DNA of 64,000 nt, taken from NCBI GenBank assembly GCA_051654905.1, contig JBOFYY010000144.1, positions 61,593 to 125,592 of the forward strand, read 5' to 3'. This stretch comes from Propionibacteriaceae bacterium (GTDB taxonomy: Bacteria; Actinomycetota; Actinomycetes; Propionibacteriales; Propionibacteriaceae). The notes under the pieces are model-generated. The model ran no database searches, was not told the origin of the DNA, and saw only the letters and a list, made by a program, of their open reading frames with translations. The translations under genes and the position numbers were made by a program. Positions 20,507 to 29,620 of this stretch are shown here, one piece after another. Position 1 is the first letter of the stretch, and each line of letters begins with the position of its first letter.

Positions 20507-21679
20507 ATGCGTCGAGTGGCTCTTTTAGGTTCTACCGGTTCTATTGGAACTCAAACATGTGATGTGGTGCGGTCGCGTCCAGCAGAGTTTGAGATAGTCG
20601 CTTTGGCAGCTGGGGGAACTCAAAGTCAGGCGCTAGCCAAACAGGTAGCAGAGTTTCAGCCTGCGATGGTTGCTATTGCTGATGAGAAATATGCCGATCA
20701 GGTTCGTAGCGCTATTACAGCACTTACCGATTATCGACCGCAGTTTAGTGTCGGCGATGAGGCAATTCTTGCTTGTGCACAGGTCTCATGTGATGTAGTG
20801 ATGAATGCTATTACTGGTGCTGCCGGGCTGCATGCCACATTAGCGACGTTAGCTGCTGGAACAACATTGGCATTAGCAAATAAAGAGTCGCTGGTGATTG
20901 GCGGAAAGCTAGTGACGCAGGCAGCAGCACCTGGTCAAATAGTGGCTGTTGATTCGGAACATTCAGCTTTCGCACAAGCTTTGCGCTCTGGTCGGTCCGA
21001 TGAAGTGGAACGGCTTATTCTTACTGCTTCAGGTGGGCCGTTCCGAGGTAAAACTCGTCAGGAATTATCGCAAGTTACGCCAGCACAAGCTATGGCGCAT
21101 CCAACTTGGGATATGGGGCGGGTTATCACAATTAACTCGGCAACATTAGTAAATAAAGGCCTAGAACTTATTGAAGCGGCATTACTTTATGACGTTTCTT
21201 ACGATCAAATTCAGGTGGTAGTACATCCGCAATCGATTGTTCATTCGGCGGTAGAGTTCATCGATGGTTCTACGATCGCTCAAGTATCACCGCCTGACAT
21301 GAGATTACCGATTGCGCTGGGAATAGACTGGCCGCGTCGAATCAGGGGAGCAGCCCCAACAATGAACTGGGCTAATAGTCATACTTGGACATTTGAACCT
21401 CTTGATGATGAGACTTTCCCGGCAGTTGAGCTAGCTCGTCGAGTTGGTAAAAAGGGCGGTACAGCACCAGCTGTATATAACGCTGCTAACGAAGCATGTG
21501 TGGATGCTTTCTGTGTAGGTCAGCTGAGTTTCCTTGGGATAACTGACACGATTTCTTCAGTAGTGGCAGAACATGAGCAGCAAGGATGGGTTGATGCAGC
21601 AGATATCAGCCTAGATATTGTGATGGCTGCTGATGCTTGGGCGCGTCAACGCGTCACAACTATGCTGGCGAGTCACTAA
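20507..21679 (+). CDS. dxr: 1-deoxy-D-xylulose 5-phosphate reductoisomerase
   Basis: LGSTGSIGTQT NADPH motif, LANKESLV, DSEHSA, and NKGLELIEA. Confidence 0.95.
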   Translation: MRRVALLGSTGSIGTQTCDVVRSRPAEFEIVALAAGGTQSQALAKQVAEFQPAMVAIADEKYADQVRSAITALTDYRPQFSVGDEAILACAQVSCDVVMNAITGAAGLHATLATLAAGTTLALANKESLVIGGKLVTQAAAPGQIVAVDSEHSAFAQALRSGRSDEVERLILTASGGPFRGKTRQELSQVTPAQAMAHPTWDMGRVITINSATLVNKGLELIEAALLYDVSYDQIQVVVHPQSIVHSAVEFIDGSTIAQVSPPDMRLPIALGIDWPRRIRGAAPTMNWANSHTWTFEPLDDETFPAVELARRVGKKGGTAPAVYNAANEACVDAFCVGQLSFLGITDTISSVVAEHEQQGWVDAADISLDIVMAADAWARQRVTTMLASH

Positions 21680-21766
21680 ACTAGGTATAGTTTGGTTGTC
21701 GGCATTGAGATAAAACGCAGTGGCTAGACAAGATCTTCCTTAGCAGTATGTAGGGAATCATTTGTT

Positions 21767-22936
21767 GTGGAAAACCGGAAAGAAGTTATGAGTATCAACC
21801 TCGGTACCCCTGCCCTCCCGCCGCCTGTTTTAGCGCCGCGTCGTAAGACCCGCCAGATTAAGGTAGGCAAGGTTTTAGTAGGTGGTAATGCTCCTATTTC
21901 GGTGCAGTCAATGACCACGACTAAGACCACAGATATCAATGCCACCTTGCAGCAGATTGCTCAACTCACTGCTACTGGTTGCGATATCGTGCGAGTAGCT
22001 TGTCCTAGCCAAGATGATGCCGAAGCGCTTCCAATCATTGCTAAAAAATCACCGATTCCAGTGATTGCTGATATTCACTTTCAGCCTAAATATGTTTTTG
22101 CTGCTATCGATGCTGGATGCGCTGCAGTCCGAGTAAATCCAGGAAATATCAAGGCTTTTGATGACAAAATAGCTGATATTGCTAAAGCGGCAACTGATTC
22201 TGGTGTCTCAATTCGTATTGGGGTAAACGCTGGCTCTCTCGACAAGCGACTATTAGCAAAATACGGTCATGCTACTCCAGAAGCATTGGTGGAGTCAGCA
22301 GTCTGGGAAGCGTCGCTTTTTGAGGAAGTCGGGTTCCACGACTTCAAGATTTCAGTCAAACATAACGATCCTGTGGTTATGGTGCGAGCCTATGAGCTGC
22401 TATCGCAGCGGGGCGATTGGCCGCTGCATCTGGGCGTTACTGAGGCTGGTCCAGCATTCCAAGGAACTATTAAATCAGCAACAGCTTTTGGGGCATTGTT
22501 ATCGAAAGGAATTGGCGACACGATCCGAGTATCGCTTTCTGCTGATCCAGTTGAAGAGATCAAGGTTGGTTGCAAGATCCTTGAATCACTGAATCTAAGG
22601 CCACGTAAATTAGAGATTGTTTCTTGTCCATCTTGCGGGCGTGCTCAAGTTAATGTGTATAAATTGGCTGAAGATGTGACCGCAGGTCTGGAAGGAATGA
22701 AAGTTCCACTTCGAGTCGCGGTAATGGGTTGTGTCGTTAATGGTCCAGGCGAAGCCCGCGAAGCTGACCTAGGAGTGGCTTCGGGTAATGGTAAAGGCCA
22801 AATCTTCGTTAAAGGTGAAGTGGTTAAGACCGTGCCAGAAGCTGAGATTGTGGCGACATTGATTGAAGAAGCTAACCGAATAGCTGCTGATATGGAAGCT
22901 ACGGGTGAGACTCCAACGGTGACCACTCTCTCATGA
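21767..22936 (+). CDS. ispG: HMBPP synthase (IspG/GcpE)
   Basis: [16 protein letters not shown], and the Fe-S ligands [16 protein letters not shown]. The start is uncertain (GTG 21767 or ATG 21788). Confidence 0.95.
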   Translation: MENRKEVMSINLGTPALPPPVLAPRRKTRQIKVGKVLVGGNAPISVQSMTTTKTTDINATLQQIAQLTATGCDIVRVACPSQDDAEALPIIAKKSPIPVIADIHFQPKYVFAAIDAGCAAVRVNPGNIKAFDDKIADIAKAATDSGVSIRIGVNAGSLDKRLLAKYGHATPEALVESAVWEASLFEEVGFHDFKISVKHNDPVVMVRAYELLSQRGDWPLHLGVTEAGPAFQGTIKSATAFGALLSKGIGDTIRVSLSADPVEEIKVGCKILESLNLRPRKLEIVSCPSCGRAQVNVYKLAEDVTAGLEGMKVPLRVAVMGCVVNGPGEAREADLGVASGNGKGQIFVKGEVVKTVPEAEIVATLIEEANRIAADMEATGETPTVTTLS

Positions 22937-23763
22937 GACACATTCGCATCTGCACAGCCGCAGATTTGCCGGCGGCATTGCAGGTGTGTGCGCAAGACCC
23001 TATCGGTAGTGTTTTCGTTACGTCACGACTCACCTCTTATGGAATTGAGAAAGTGATACTGGGTTGTCCTGTATGGGGTGCTTTCGACGAGCAAGGCAGC
23101 CTTATATCGTTACTTCATCTAGGAGCTAATTTAGTTCCAGTTAATGCCGATATGTCTTCGCTAGCAGCTTTTGCTGCCAAGCTAGAAGATAATCGTGTCT
23201 CTTGTTCCATCATGGGTCCGGCCACACAAGTCATTGCGTTGTATGAGATGCTTCGGCTACGTAAATCTTGGGCTAGGCCGCGTCAAGAGAGACTATGTCA
23301 ACCATTGTTAGTATGCGATGCGCCACCGTTAGTATCGCCAGATCCCTTAGTCGGTCGCATTAGCGTTGAACATGCTCAAAGCTATATCGAGGCAAGTGTG
23401 CGTATGTACACCGAAGAGGTTGGGATTAGCCCACTATCGCCAGATGGTAGTTATGAACGTCATGTTCGTCAGACATTGCGGGAGGGGCGAGGATTTGGGG
23501 TGATAGTTGACGGACGAGTTGTCTTTAAAGCAGATATTGGTGCCAGCTTTGGACAGGTTGCGCAGATCCAAGGAGTCTGGCTAGACCCGACGTTAAGAGG
23601 TCGGGGGCTAGCGACGTCTGCAATGGCAGCAGTAGTGGCTCAGATACAGCAGGAATACGGCATCGCTAGTTTGTACGTCAATGATTTCAATAAGCCAGCT
23701 TTAGCGACGTATCGAGCAGTAGGGTTCCGTCAGGTAGGGGAGTTCGCCACTATTCTTTACTGA
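22933..23763 (+). CDS. GNAT family N-acetyltransferase
   Basis: C-terminal acetyl-CoA motif [21 protein letters not shown] overlaps the ispG stop. Confidence 0.7.
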   Translation: MRHIRICTAADLPAALQVCAQDPIGSVFVTSRLTSYGIEKVILGCPVWGAFDEQGSLISLLHLGANLVPVNADMSSLAAFAAKLEDNRVSCSIMGPATQVIALYEMLRLRKSWARPRQERLCQPLLVCDAPPLVSPDPLVGRISVEHAQSYIEASVRMYTEEVGISPLSPDGSYERHVRQTLREGRGFGVIVDGRVVFKADIGASFGQVAQIQGVWLDPTLRGRGLATSAMAAVVAQIQQEYGIASLYVNDFNKPALATYRAVGFRQVGEFATILY

Positions 23764-23764
23764 T

Positions 23765-24763
23765 CTAGTCAGTAAAAGAGGGCGGGAGATGTCCTTCTTC
23801 GTGAACTGGAATAGATGTGATGGGAACGTCAGCGTAGGATCGTTCATCTTCGATGGGTTCGAGGTGAAACATGATTTCTAATTCCTCGAAACGAGCAAAA
23901 ACTTCATCTTCAATAACTTCGCATAAATCATGTGCTTTTTGTACGCTCCAGTCGCCGGGAACTAGTAGGTGAGCTTGCGCGAAACGCTCTCTGCCAGCGA
24001 TTCGAGTACGTAATCCATGGAAATTTATTTGTCCAGGTATGACGTGTGCAGCTAGACATTCAGCTAAAGCTTCATTGTCTTCTTTGCTCATCGAGGCATC
24101 CATGAGTCCAGCGAAAGACTCCTGCATGAGCTGCCAGCCTGCCCAAATAATATTGACGCCTACTGCTAAACCAATTATCGGATCTAGCCACCACCAATCA
24201 AGATGGGCGAGCCTAGCTAAGAACATGAGACCAACTCCCAGCACCACCCCAGCCGAAGTCCAAACATCGGTGAGTAGATGGTGGGCGTCTGCTTTGAGAG
24301 TCATTGAGCGATGAAGGGCAGCAGCACGGAAAAGTATCCACGATACGGTGCCATTTAGAACGCTAGCGATCACTGAAATGATGAGACCAAGACCGATATT
24401 GGTCAGTGGTTCAGGATGCAAAATCCGTTGTACAGCGGTCCACATAATTACAACAGCAGCAATGAAAATCATTATTCCTTCAGCTGCAGCTGAGAAATAT
24501 TCGGCTTTAGTATGACCAAAATTATGAGAGCGATCACCAGGACGTGCCGCTATTTTTAAGGCGATGAAAGCAATAATCGCAGCAGCTAGATTTACAAATG
24601 ATTCACAAGCATCAGAGAGTAATCCCACAGAGCTAGATACGTAGTAAGCGCCTAGTTTCAAAGAAATAGTGGCTATTGCTGCCACGATTGACAGCAAAGC
24701 GTATCGCGATAAATCAGCGGGGGGAGTTTTCTGCCGAATCGCGGTGGGATTGAACTCACTCAT
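23765..24763 (-). CDS. Cation diffusion facilitator (CDF) family metal efflux transporter
   Basis: Six transmembrane helices with the LLSDACES and HLLTDVW metal-site motifs, plus a C-terminal cytoplasmic domain. ATG 24763 (MSEFNPT..) was chosen. Confidence 0.9.
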   Translation of the reverse strand: MSEFNPTAIRQKTPPADLSRYALLSIVAAIATISLKLGAYYVSSSVGLLSDACESFVNLAAAIIAFIALKIAARPGDRSHNFGHTKAEYFSAAAEGIMIFIAAVVIMWTAVQRILHPEPLTNIGLGLIISVIASVLNGTVSWILFRAAALHRSMTLKADAHHLLTDVWTSAGVVLGVGLMFLARLAHLDWWWLDPIIGLAVGVNIIWAGWQLMQESFAGLMDASMSKEDNEALAECLAAHVIPGQINFHGLRTRIAGRERFAQAHLLVPGDWSVQKAHDLCEVIEDEVFARFEELEIMFHLEPIEDERSYADVPITSIPVHEEGHLPPSFTD

Positions 24764-24924
24764 ATAAGTAATCTTCGCATTGGCAGACAGTAGGTACAAG
24801 GTAGTTACCACAAGTAACTTCTATCTGCGGGTAAGAACCCGATAGTGTGGGACCTGCTAAACGCAGACGAGTCGGACCGACACGGGGTCGGACCGCCGAC
24901 AGTTACGTCGCGGAAGGGAAACCC

Positions 24925-26682
24925 ATGATTACTCGCATGTCCACGCTTTTTGTTCGTACTTTGCGTGACGATCCAGCTGATGCAGAACTTCCTAGCCACA
25001 AGTGGTTAGTTCGAGCAGGCTATATTCGTCGAGTTGCTCCTGGCTGTTACTCATGGCTGCCGTTAGGAATGCGGGTATTAGCCAAGGTTGAGGCCATCGT
25101 TCGTGAAGAAATGAATGCGATGGGAGCGCAAGAAGTTCGGTTCCCAGCACTTTTGCCACGCGATCCTTATGAAGCTACAAACCGTTGGGAAGAATACGGC
25201 CCCAATCTCTTTAGGCTTAAGGACCGTCGGGGCACCGATATGCTCTTGGGGCCAACCCATGAGGAAATGTTCACGCTCATGGTGAAGGATCTTTATTCTT
25301 CCTACAAGGATCTACCGCTTTCGCTGTATCAGATTCAAACTAAATATCGCGACGAAGCACGTCCGCGAGCAGGTTTGCTGCGAGGTCGGGAATTCGTTAT
25401 GAAAGATTCTTACTCTTTCGATATCGATGAGGCTGGATTAGAAGAGAGCTACCAGAAACATCGTCAAGCCTATATTCGCGTCTTTGATCGATTGGGTTTG
25501 GAATATGTCATCGTTAAGGCTACTTCTGGGGCGATGGGTGGCTCGGCTTCGGAAGAGTTCTTGGGAGTATTAACCAATGGTGAGGATACGTTCGTACGTT
25601 CTCCGGGCGGCTATGCGGCCAACGTTGAGGCGGTAACAGTTCTTGCCCCTGATCCTGTCGATGCAACTAATACGCCAGCTTTCCGAGAGGAAGCCACTCC
25701 GCAGGCAGGTTCTATCGACGATCTGGTTGCTTTTGCACAAGCTAATTTCCCACGAGGAGACCGGGATTGGGCGGCATCAGATACTTTGAAGAACGTCATC
25801 TTCATGGTGACTCATCCAGATGGTTCCCAAGAGGCTCTTGCAATTGGTTTGCCAGGAGACCGTGAGGTAGACGAGAAACGTTTGGAAGCAGCGCTATCTC
25901 CAGCTGAAGCCCGCCCATTTACCGATGCTGATTTTGAGAATTTCCCGACCTTAGTAAAGGGATTTATTGGACCGCGATCGCTAGGTGAGAAGTCAGCTTC
26001 GCAGGTGAAGTATCTGGTTGATCCTCGGGTTGTTTCCGGTACTGCATGGATAACAGGTGCCGATAAAGCAGATATGCATGTGGTTGATCTAGTGATGGGA
26101 CGCGATTTCACTCCCGACGGCACAATCGACGTCGCTAATGTGCGAGAAGGCGACCTAGCTCCAGATGGTTCAGGTCCGCTGCAATTAGCTCGAGGCGTAG
26201 AGCTAGGACATATTTTCCAGCTAGGGCGGAAATATGCTCAAGCTCTGGGACTGAAAGTTCTTGATCCTAACGGAAAATTGACGACGGTCACGATGGGTTC
26301 TTACGGTATCGGCGTATCACGCGCGGTGGCTGCTGTTGCTGAAATGACTTGCGATGATAAAGGTCTAGCTTGGCCGCGGGCAGTAGCTCCGTTCGACGTC
26401 ATGATTGTTCCTACCGGCAAGGATCAAGCAATCTTTGATAAGGCAGAAGAGATCGCTGCTACTTTGGCCGAATCGGGAGTAGAAGTACTAGTCGATGATC
26501 GTAAGGCTTCGCCGGGAGTGAAATTTGCAGACTCAGAGATCCTAGGTGTTCCTACCGTTGTGGTGGTGGGTCGAGGTTTAGCTGATGGCATGGTAGAGCT
26601 TCGAGATCGTGCTAGCGGCAGCAAAGCAGAGGTTGCTGTTGCTGAGATCTGTGCTCAGTTGCTATCGGTAGTTAAGGCCTAG
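24925..26682 (+). CDS. proS: Prolyl-tRNA synthetase (bacterial type with editing insertion)
   Basis: [21 protein letters not shown].. is a typical ProRS N-terminus. Class II motifs are present (FRDE-like [26 protein letters not shown]). Confidence 0.95.
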   Translation: MITRMSTLFVRTLRDDPADAELPSHKWLVRAGYIRRVAPGCYSWLPLGMRVLAKVEAIVREEMNAMGAQEVRFPALLPRDPYEATNRWEEYGPNLFRLKDRRGTDMLLGPTHEEMFTLMVKDLYSSYKDLPLSLYQIQTKYRDEARPRAGLLRGREFVMKDSYSFDIDEAGLEESYQKHRQAYIRVFDRLGLEYVIVKATSGAMGGSASEEFLGVLTNGEDTFVRSPGGYAANVEAVTVLAPDPVDATNTPAFREEATPQAGSIDDLVAFAQANFPRGDRDWAASDTLKNVIFMVTHPDGSQEALAIGLPGDREVDEKRLEAALSPAEARPFTDADFENFPTLVKGFIGPRSLGEKSASQVKYLVDPRVVSGTAWITGADKADMHVVDLVMGRDFTPDGTIDVANVREGDLAPDGSGPLQLARGVELGHIFQLGRKYAQALGLKVLDPNGKLTTVTMGSYGIGVSRAVAAVAEMTCDDKGLAWPRAVAPFDVMIVPTGKDQAIFDKAEEIAATLAESGVEVLVDDRKASPGVKFADSEILGVPTVVVVGRGLADGMVELRDRASGSKAEVAVAEICAQLLSVVKA

Positions 26683-26685
26683 CTG

Positions 26686-27471
26686 ATGCCAGTCGACGTC
26701 GGAGTTCTTGCCTGTCTAATAGGTGCAGCATTTACTGCCGGATGGGTGGACGCCGTCGTCGGTGGCGGGGGTTTGATACAGCTTCCCTCGTTGCTACTGG
26801 GATTACCGGCAACGACATCAGTTGCTACGGTTTCGGGAACCAATAAAGTATCGAGTATTTTTGGCACTGCGACAGCAGCAGCTACCTACGCTAAAAGAGT
26901 TAAGTTTCATCGACCTAGCGTGATTGCTTTGGTGCTATCGGCGGCTGCCAGTTCGGCGTTGGGTGCTTACTTAATCCGGTTCCTATCGCGGGAGTCTTTT
27001 ACCCCAATTGTATTGGTGGTGCTACTAGCAGTGGGCGGATATACGCTACGTCGTCCAGCGATGGGATTAGAAAGTAAACCTGCGCTCACTGGTCATATGC
27101 AGTGGGTTGCGACAGCAATTATCGGTGCAGTTGTTGGTCTCTACGATGGTCTTATCGGTCCAGGGACTGGCACGTTTTTTATCATTTCTTTTGTAGCAGT
27201 GAGTGGCTTTGCTTTTGTTGAAGCTAGTGCTTATGCCAAACTCGCTAATGCTGCTACCAATCTTGCAGCTATTGGAGTATTAGCCTCAGCAAATCATGTG
27301 CTTTGGGTAATAGCGCTACCTATGGCGGCTGCGAATCTGACTGGTGGTTGGATAGGTGCCCGCCTTGCGTTGCGATATGGGAATGGTTTTGTACGTAAGG
27401 TATTTCTTGTCGTGATTGGTGCCTTAGTAATCAAACTAGGAGCCGATACAGTTGCCTTGATTCTGCCTTAG
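26686..27471 (+). CDS. TauE/SafE family (sulfite exporter-like) membrane protein
   Basis: 261 aa with about 8 transmembrane helices and the GGGGLIQLP N-terminal motif of the TSUP/TauE family. Confidence 0.8.
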   Translation: MPVDVGVLACLIGAAFTAGWVDAVVGGGGLIQLPSLLLGLPATTSVATVSGTNKVSSIFGTATAAATYAKRVKFHRPSVIALVLSAAASSALGAYLIRFLSRESFTPIVLVVLLAVGGYTLRRPAMGLESKPALTGHMQWVATAIIGAVVGLYDGLIGPGTGTFFIISFVAVSGFAFVEASAYAKLANAATNLAAIGVLASANHVLWVIALPMAAANLTGGWIGARLALRYGNGFVRKVFLVVIGALVIKLGADTVALILP

Positions 27472-27575
27472 AAATTGGTGACAGAATCTAAATGCATTAC
27501 TAAGATGATGCAATAACAAGCTAGTCTTATTTATTCACCCTAAAACTGAACCCGACAACAGGAGATGAGGCGTCT

Positions 27576-28103
27576 ATGAAGTCCGAACGCATTGCCGACG
27601 TCGTCGGCCCAGTCCTTACTGAACGTGGACTGGAGCTAGATGACATCGAGATTGTGCCTGCTGGCAAGCGCAGTATTGTGCGGATCATCGTCGATGGTGA
27701 TGGCCCACAAGGTCGCGGTCCGCTCCTTGACGATATTGCTTCGGCAACTCGTGCTATTTCAGTAGCTCTTGATGAGAGCGACGCCACTGGTCAAGCTCCT
27801 TACACCCTCGAAGTGACATCGCGAGGTATTTCTCGCCCATTCACCAAGCCGCAGCATTGGCGTCGCAATATCGGTCGTCTAGTTAAGGTTCGAGTTGCGG
27901 ACGAAACCGTAGTGGGACGAATCCTTGCTGCTGACGAAACTGGCGCCACGATTGATATTGAGGGTACGCATCGTCGTATCGAATATCTCGATGCTAAGAA
28001 GCCGGTAGTGCAGGTGGAACTTAATCGTCCGGTTGATCCGGATCTAGATGATGTTTCTGACATTGACGACGATGCTGACAGCATCGATGACGAGGAGGAG
28101 TGA
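27576..28103 (+). CDS. rimP: Ribosome maturation factor RimP
   Basis: [13 protein letters not shown] motif, an acidic C-terminal tail, and position directly upstream of nusA. Confidence 0.9.
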   Translation: MKSERIADVVGPVLTERGLELDDIEIVPAGKRSIVRIIVDGDGPQGRGPLLDDIASATRAISVALDESDATGQAPYTLEVTSRGISRPFTKPQHWRRNIGRLVKVRVADETVVGRILAADETGATIDIEGTHRRIEYLDAKKPVVQVELNRPVDPDLDDVSDIDDDADSIDDEEE

Positions 28104-28104
28104 C

Positions 28105-29076
28105 ATGGATATCGATATGGCTGCGCTACGCATGATTGAGCGCGATAAAGAAATCCCTATGGATGTTCTTGTTAAAGCAATTGAAGATGCCATGCTCAAC
28201 GCCTACGACAAGACAGAAGACCCCAAGCGTGGCGCCAAGGTTGAGGTAGACCGCAAATCGGGCAAAGTAGTTGTGATGGTTCCCGAGCTTGATGAAGATG
28301 GCAAGATCGTTGCTTGGTTTGATAACACTCCAGCAGACTTCGGTCGCGTTGCTGCTTCAACTGCGCGTCAGGTTATTTTTCAGCGCTTACGAGATGCTGA
28401 AGATGAACGAAAGTTCGGTCATTTTTCGGCTAAAGAAGGCGATATTGTCTTAGGTACCGTTCAGCAAGGACGTGACTCGCGTACGGTCCTAGTTGATCTT
28501 GGTGATATCGAAGCAATCATGCCGCTAGCAGAGCAAGCTCCAGGTGAGCAGTACACCCACGGGAAGCGGATGCGGGTTTATGTGGTTGCGGTACGTCGTG
28601 AGGCACGTGGCCCGCAAGTTGTGGTTTCGCGTACGCATCCGCAACTGGTAAGCAAGCTTTTCGCTCTTGAAGTTCCAGAAATTGAGCAAGGGATTGTTGA
28701 AATTAAAGCGCTCGCTCGTGAAGCTGGTCATCGTACCAAGATGGCAGTAATTTCCACCCAAGCTGATGTGAATGCTAAAGGAGCATGTATCGGCCCGATG
28801 GGGCAACGAGTGCGTGCTGTTATGAATGAACTTTCTGGGGAAAAGATCGACATTGTTGATTGGTCAGAAGATCCAGTTGCTTTCGTAGGGGCAGCACTGT
28901 CACCGTCGCGAGTTTCTTCGGTGACAGTAACTGATGCAGCCGCAAAAGCAGCTCGAGTGATTGTTCCGGACTACCAGCTATCACTAGCTATCGGTCGCGA
29001 AGGGCAGAATGCTCGGTTAGCGGCTCGATTGACTGGTTGGCGTATTGATATTCGCCCAGATACGCAGGCTGACTAA
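28105..29076 (+). CDS. nusA: Transcription termination/antitermination factor NusA
   Basis: S1 and tandem KH regions (..[13 protein letters not shown].., ..[24 protein letters not shown]). ATG 28105 lies 2 nt after the rimP stop. Confidence 0.95.
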   Translation: MDIDMAALRMIERDKEIPMDVLVKAIEDAMLNAYDKTEDPKRGAKVEVDRKSGKVVVMVPELDEDGKIVAWFDNTPADFGRVAASTARQVIFQRLRDAEDERKFGHFSAKEGDIVLGTVQQGRDSRTVLVDLGDIEAIMPLAEQAPGEQYTHGKRMRVYVVAVRREARGPQVVVSRTHPQLVSKLFALEVPEIEQGIVEIKALAREAGHRTKMAVISTQADVNAKGACIGPMGQRVRAVMNELSGEKIDIVDWSEDPVAFVGAALSPSRVSSVTVTDAAAKAARVIVPDYQLSLAIGREGQNARLAARLTGWRIDIRPDTQAD

Positions 29077-29090
29077 AACATAGTTTTGAG

Positions 29091-29138
29091 CTGGCTGTCA
29101 GCGGCAAGTTTTAGCTGCTGTCAGCCAGATCAATTTTT
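29091..29138. terminator. Hairpin plus T-tract between convergent nusA and ylxR
   Basis: CTGGCTGTCAGC (29091-29102) pairs with GCTGTCAGCCAG (29117-29128) as a 12-bp stem with one central mismatch, followed by ATCAATTTTT. Confidence 0.6.
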
Positions 29139-29409
29139 AGTTAGTAGTTACGTCAAAAAAGTCTGGTGCTTTAGCTAAAGCGCTACAGTCAACGTCGGTT
29201 CGTAGTGCTCGTTGAATGGCGCGACGTTTGAGTGCTGTTGTTAGACAATCTGGTCCGGAATGAAGATGTGCTCCTCTGCCAGGTAATTTTTTAGCCTGAT
29301 CGACGGTAGCAATTCCTGCTACTGAAACAATGCGTACCAGCGATGATGACAGCTCTCGTGTACGGCAGGCGACACAGGTACGAATAGGCTCACTCACGGT
29401 AGCTATCAT
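29137..29409 (-). CDS. ylxR: YlxR/DUF448 family RNA-binding protein, encoded on the strand opposite nusA and infB
   Basis: IRTCVACRTRELSSSLVRIV....LPGRGAHLH..C.....KRRAIQRAL matches the YlxR signature (RxCxxC ... GRGAY/H). There is no plus-strand ORF in this interval. Confidence 0.85.
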   Translation of the reverse strand: MIATVSEPIRTCVACRTRELSSSLVRIVSVAGIATVDQAKKLPGRGAHLHSGPDCLTTALKRRAIQRALRTDVDCSALAKAPDFFDVTTN

Positions 29410-29584
29410 CGCAGATATATCTCACTATTAGGCATCGTCGCGCGTTCACTTGGGCAAAGCAGGCATTAGCGCGGTAGTATGTTAAGTGCGCGCCGTCCTA
29501 CTGTGGGTCGGCACCAACCAGAAAGTGGGCAGAACGCTCATGACCACTCGATGAGTAATTCGCAATGAGCAACAACATCTAACT

Positions 29585-29606
29585 GGTTCGCGCACGAGCG
29601 CGGACC
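29585..29606 (+). promoter_or_regulatory. Leader hairpin just upstream of the infB Shine-Dalgarno sequence
   Basis: GGTTCGCGC-ACGA-GCGCGGACC forms a 9-bp stem (one G-U pair) with a tetraloop. It ends 5 nt before AGGAG and the GTG start at 29621. Confidence 0.4.
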
Positions 29607-29620
29607 GAACTAGGAGAGTA

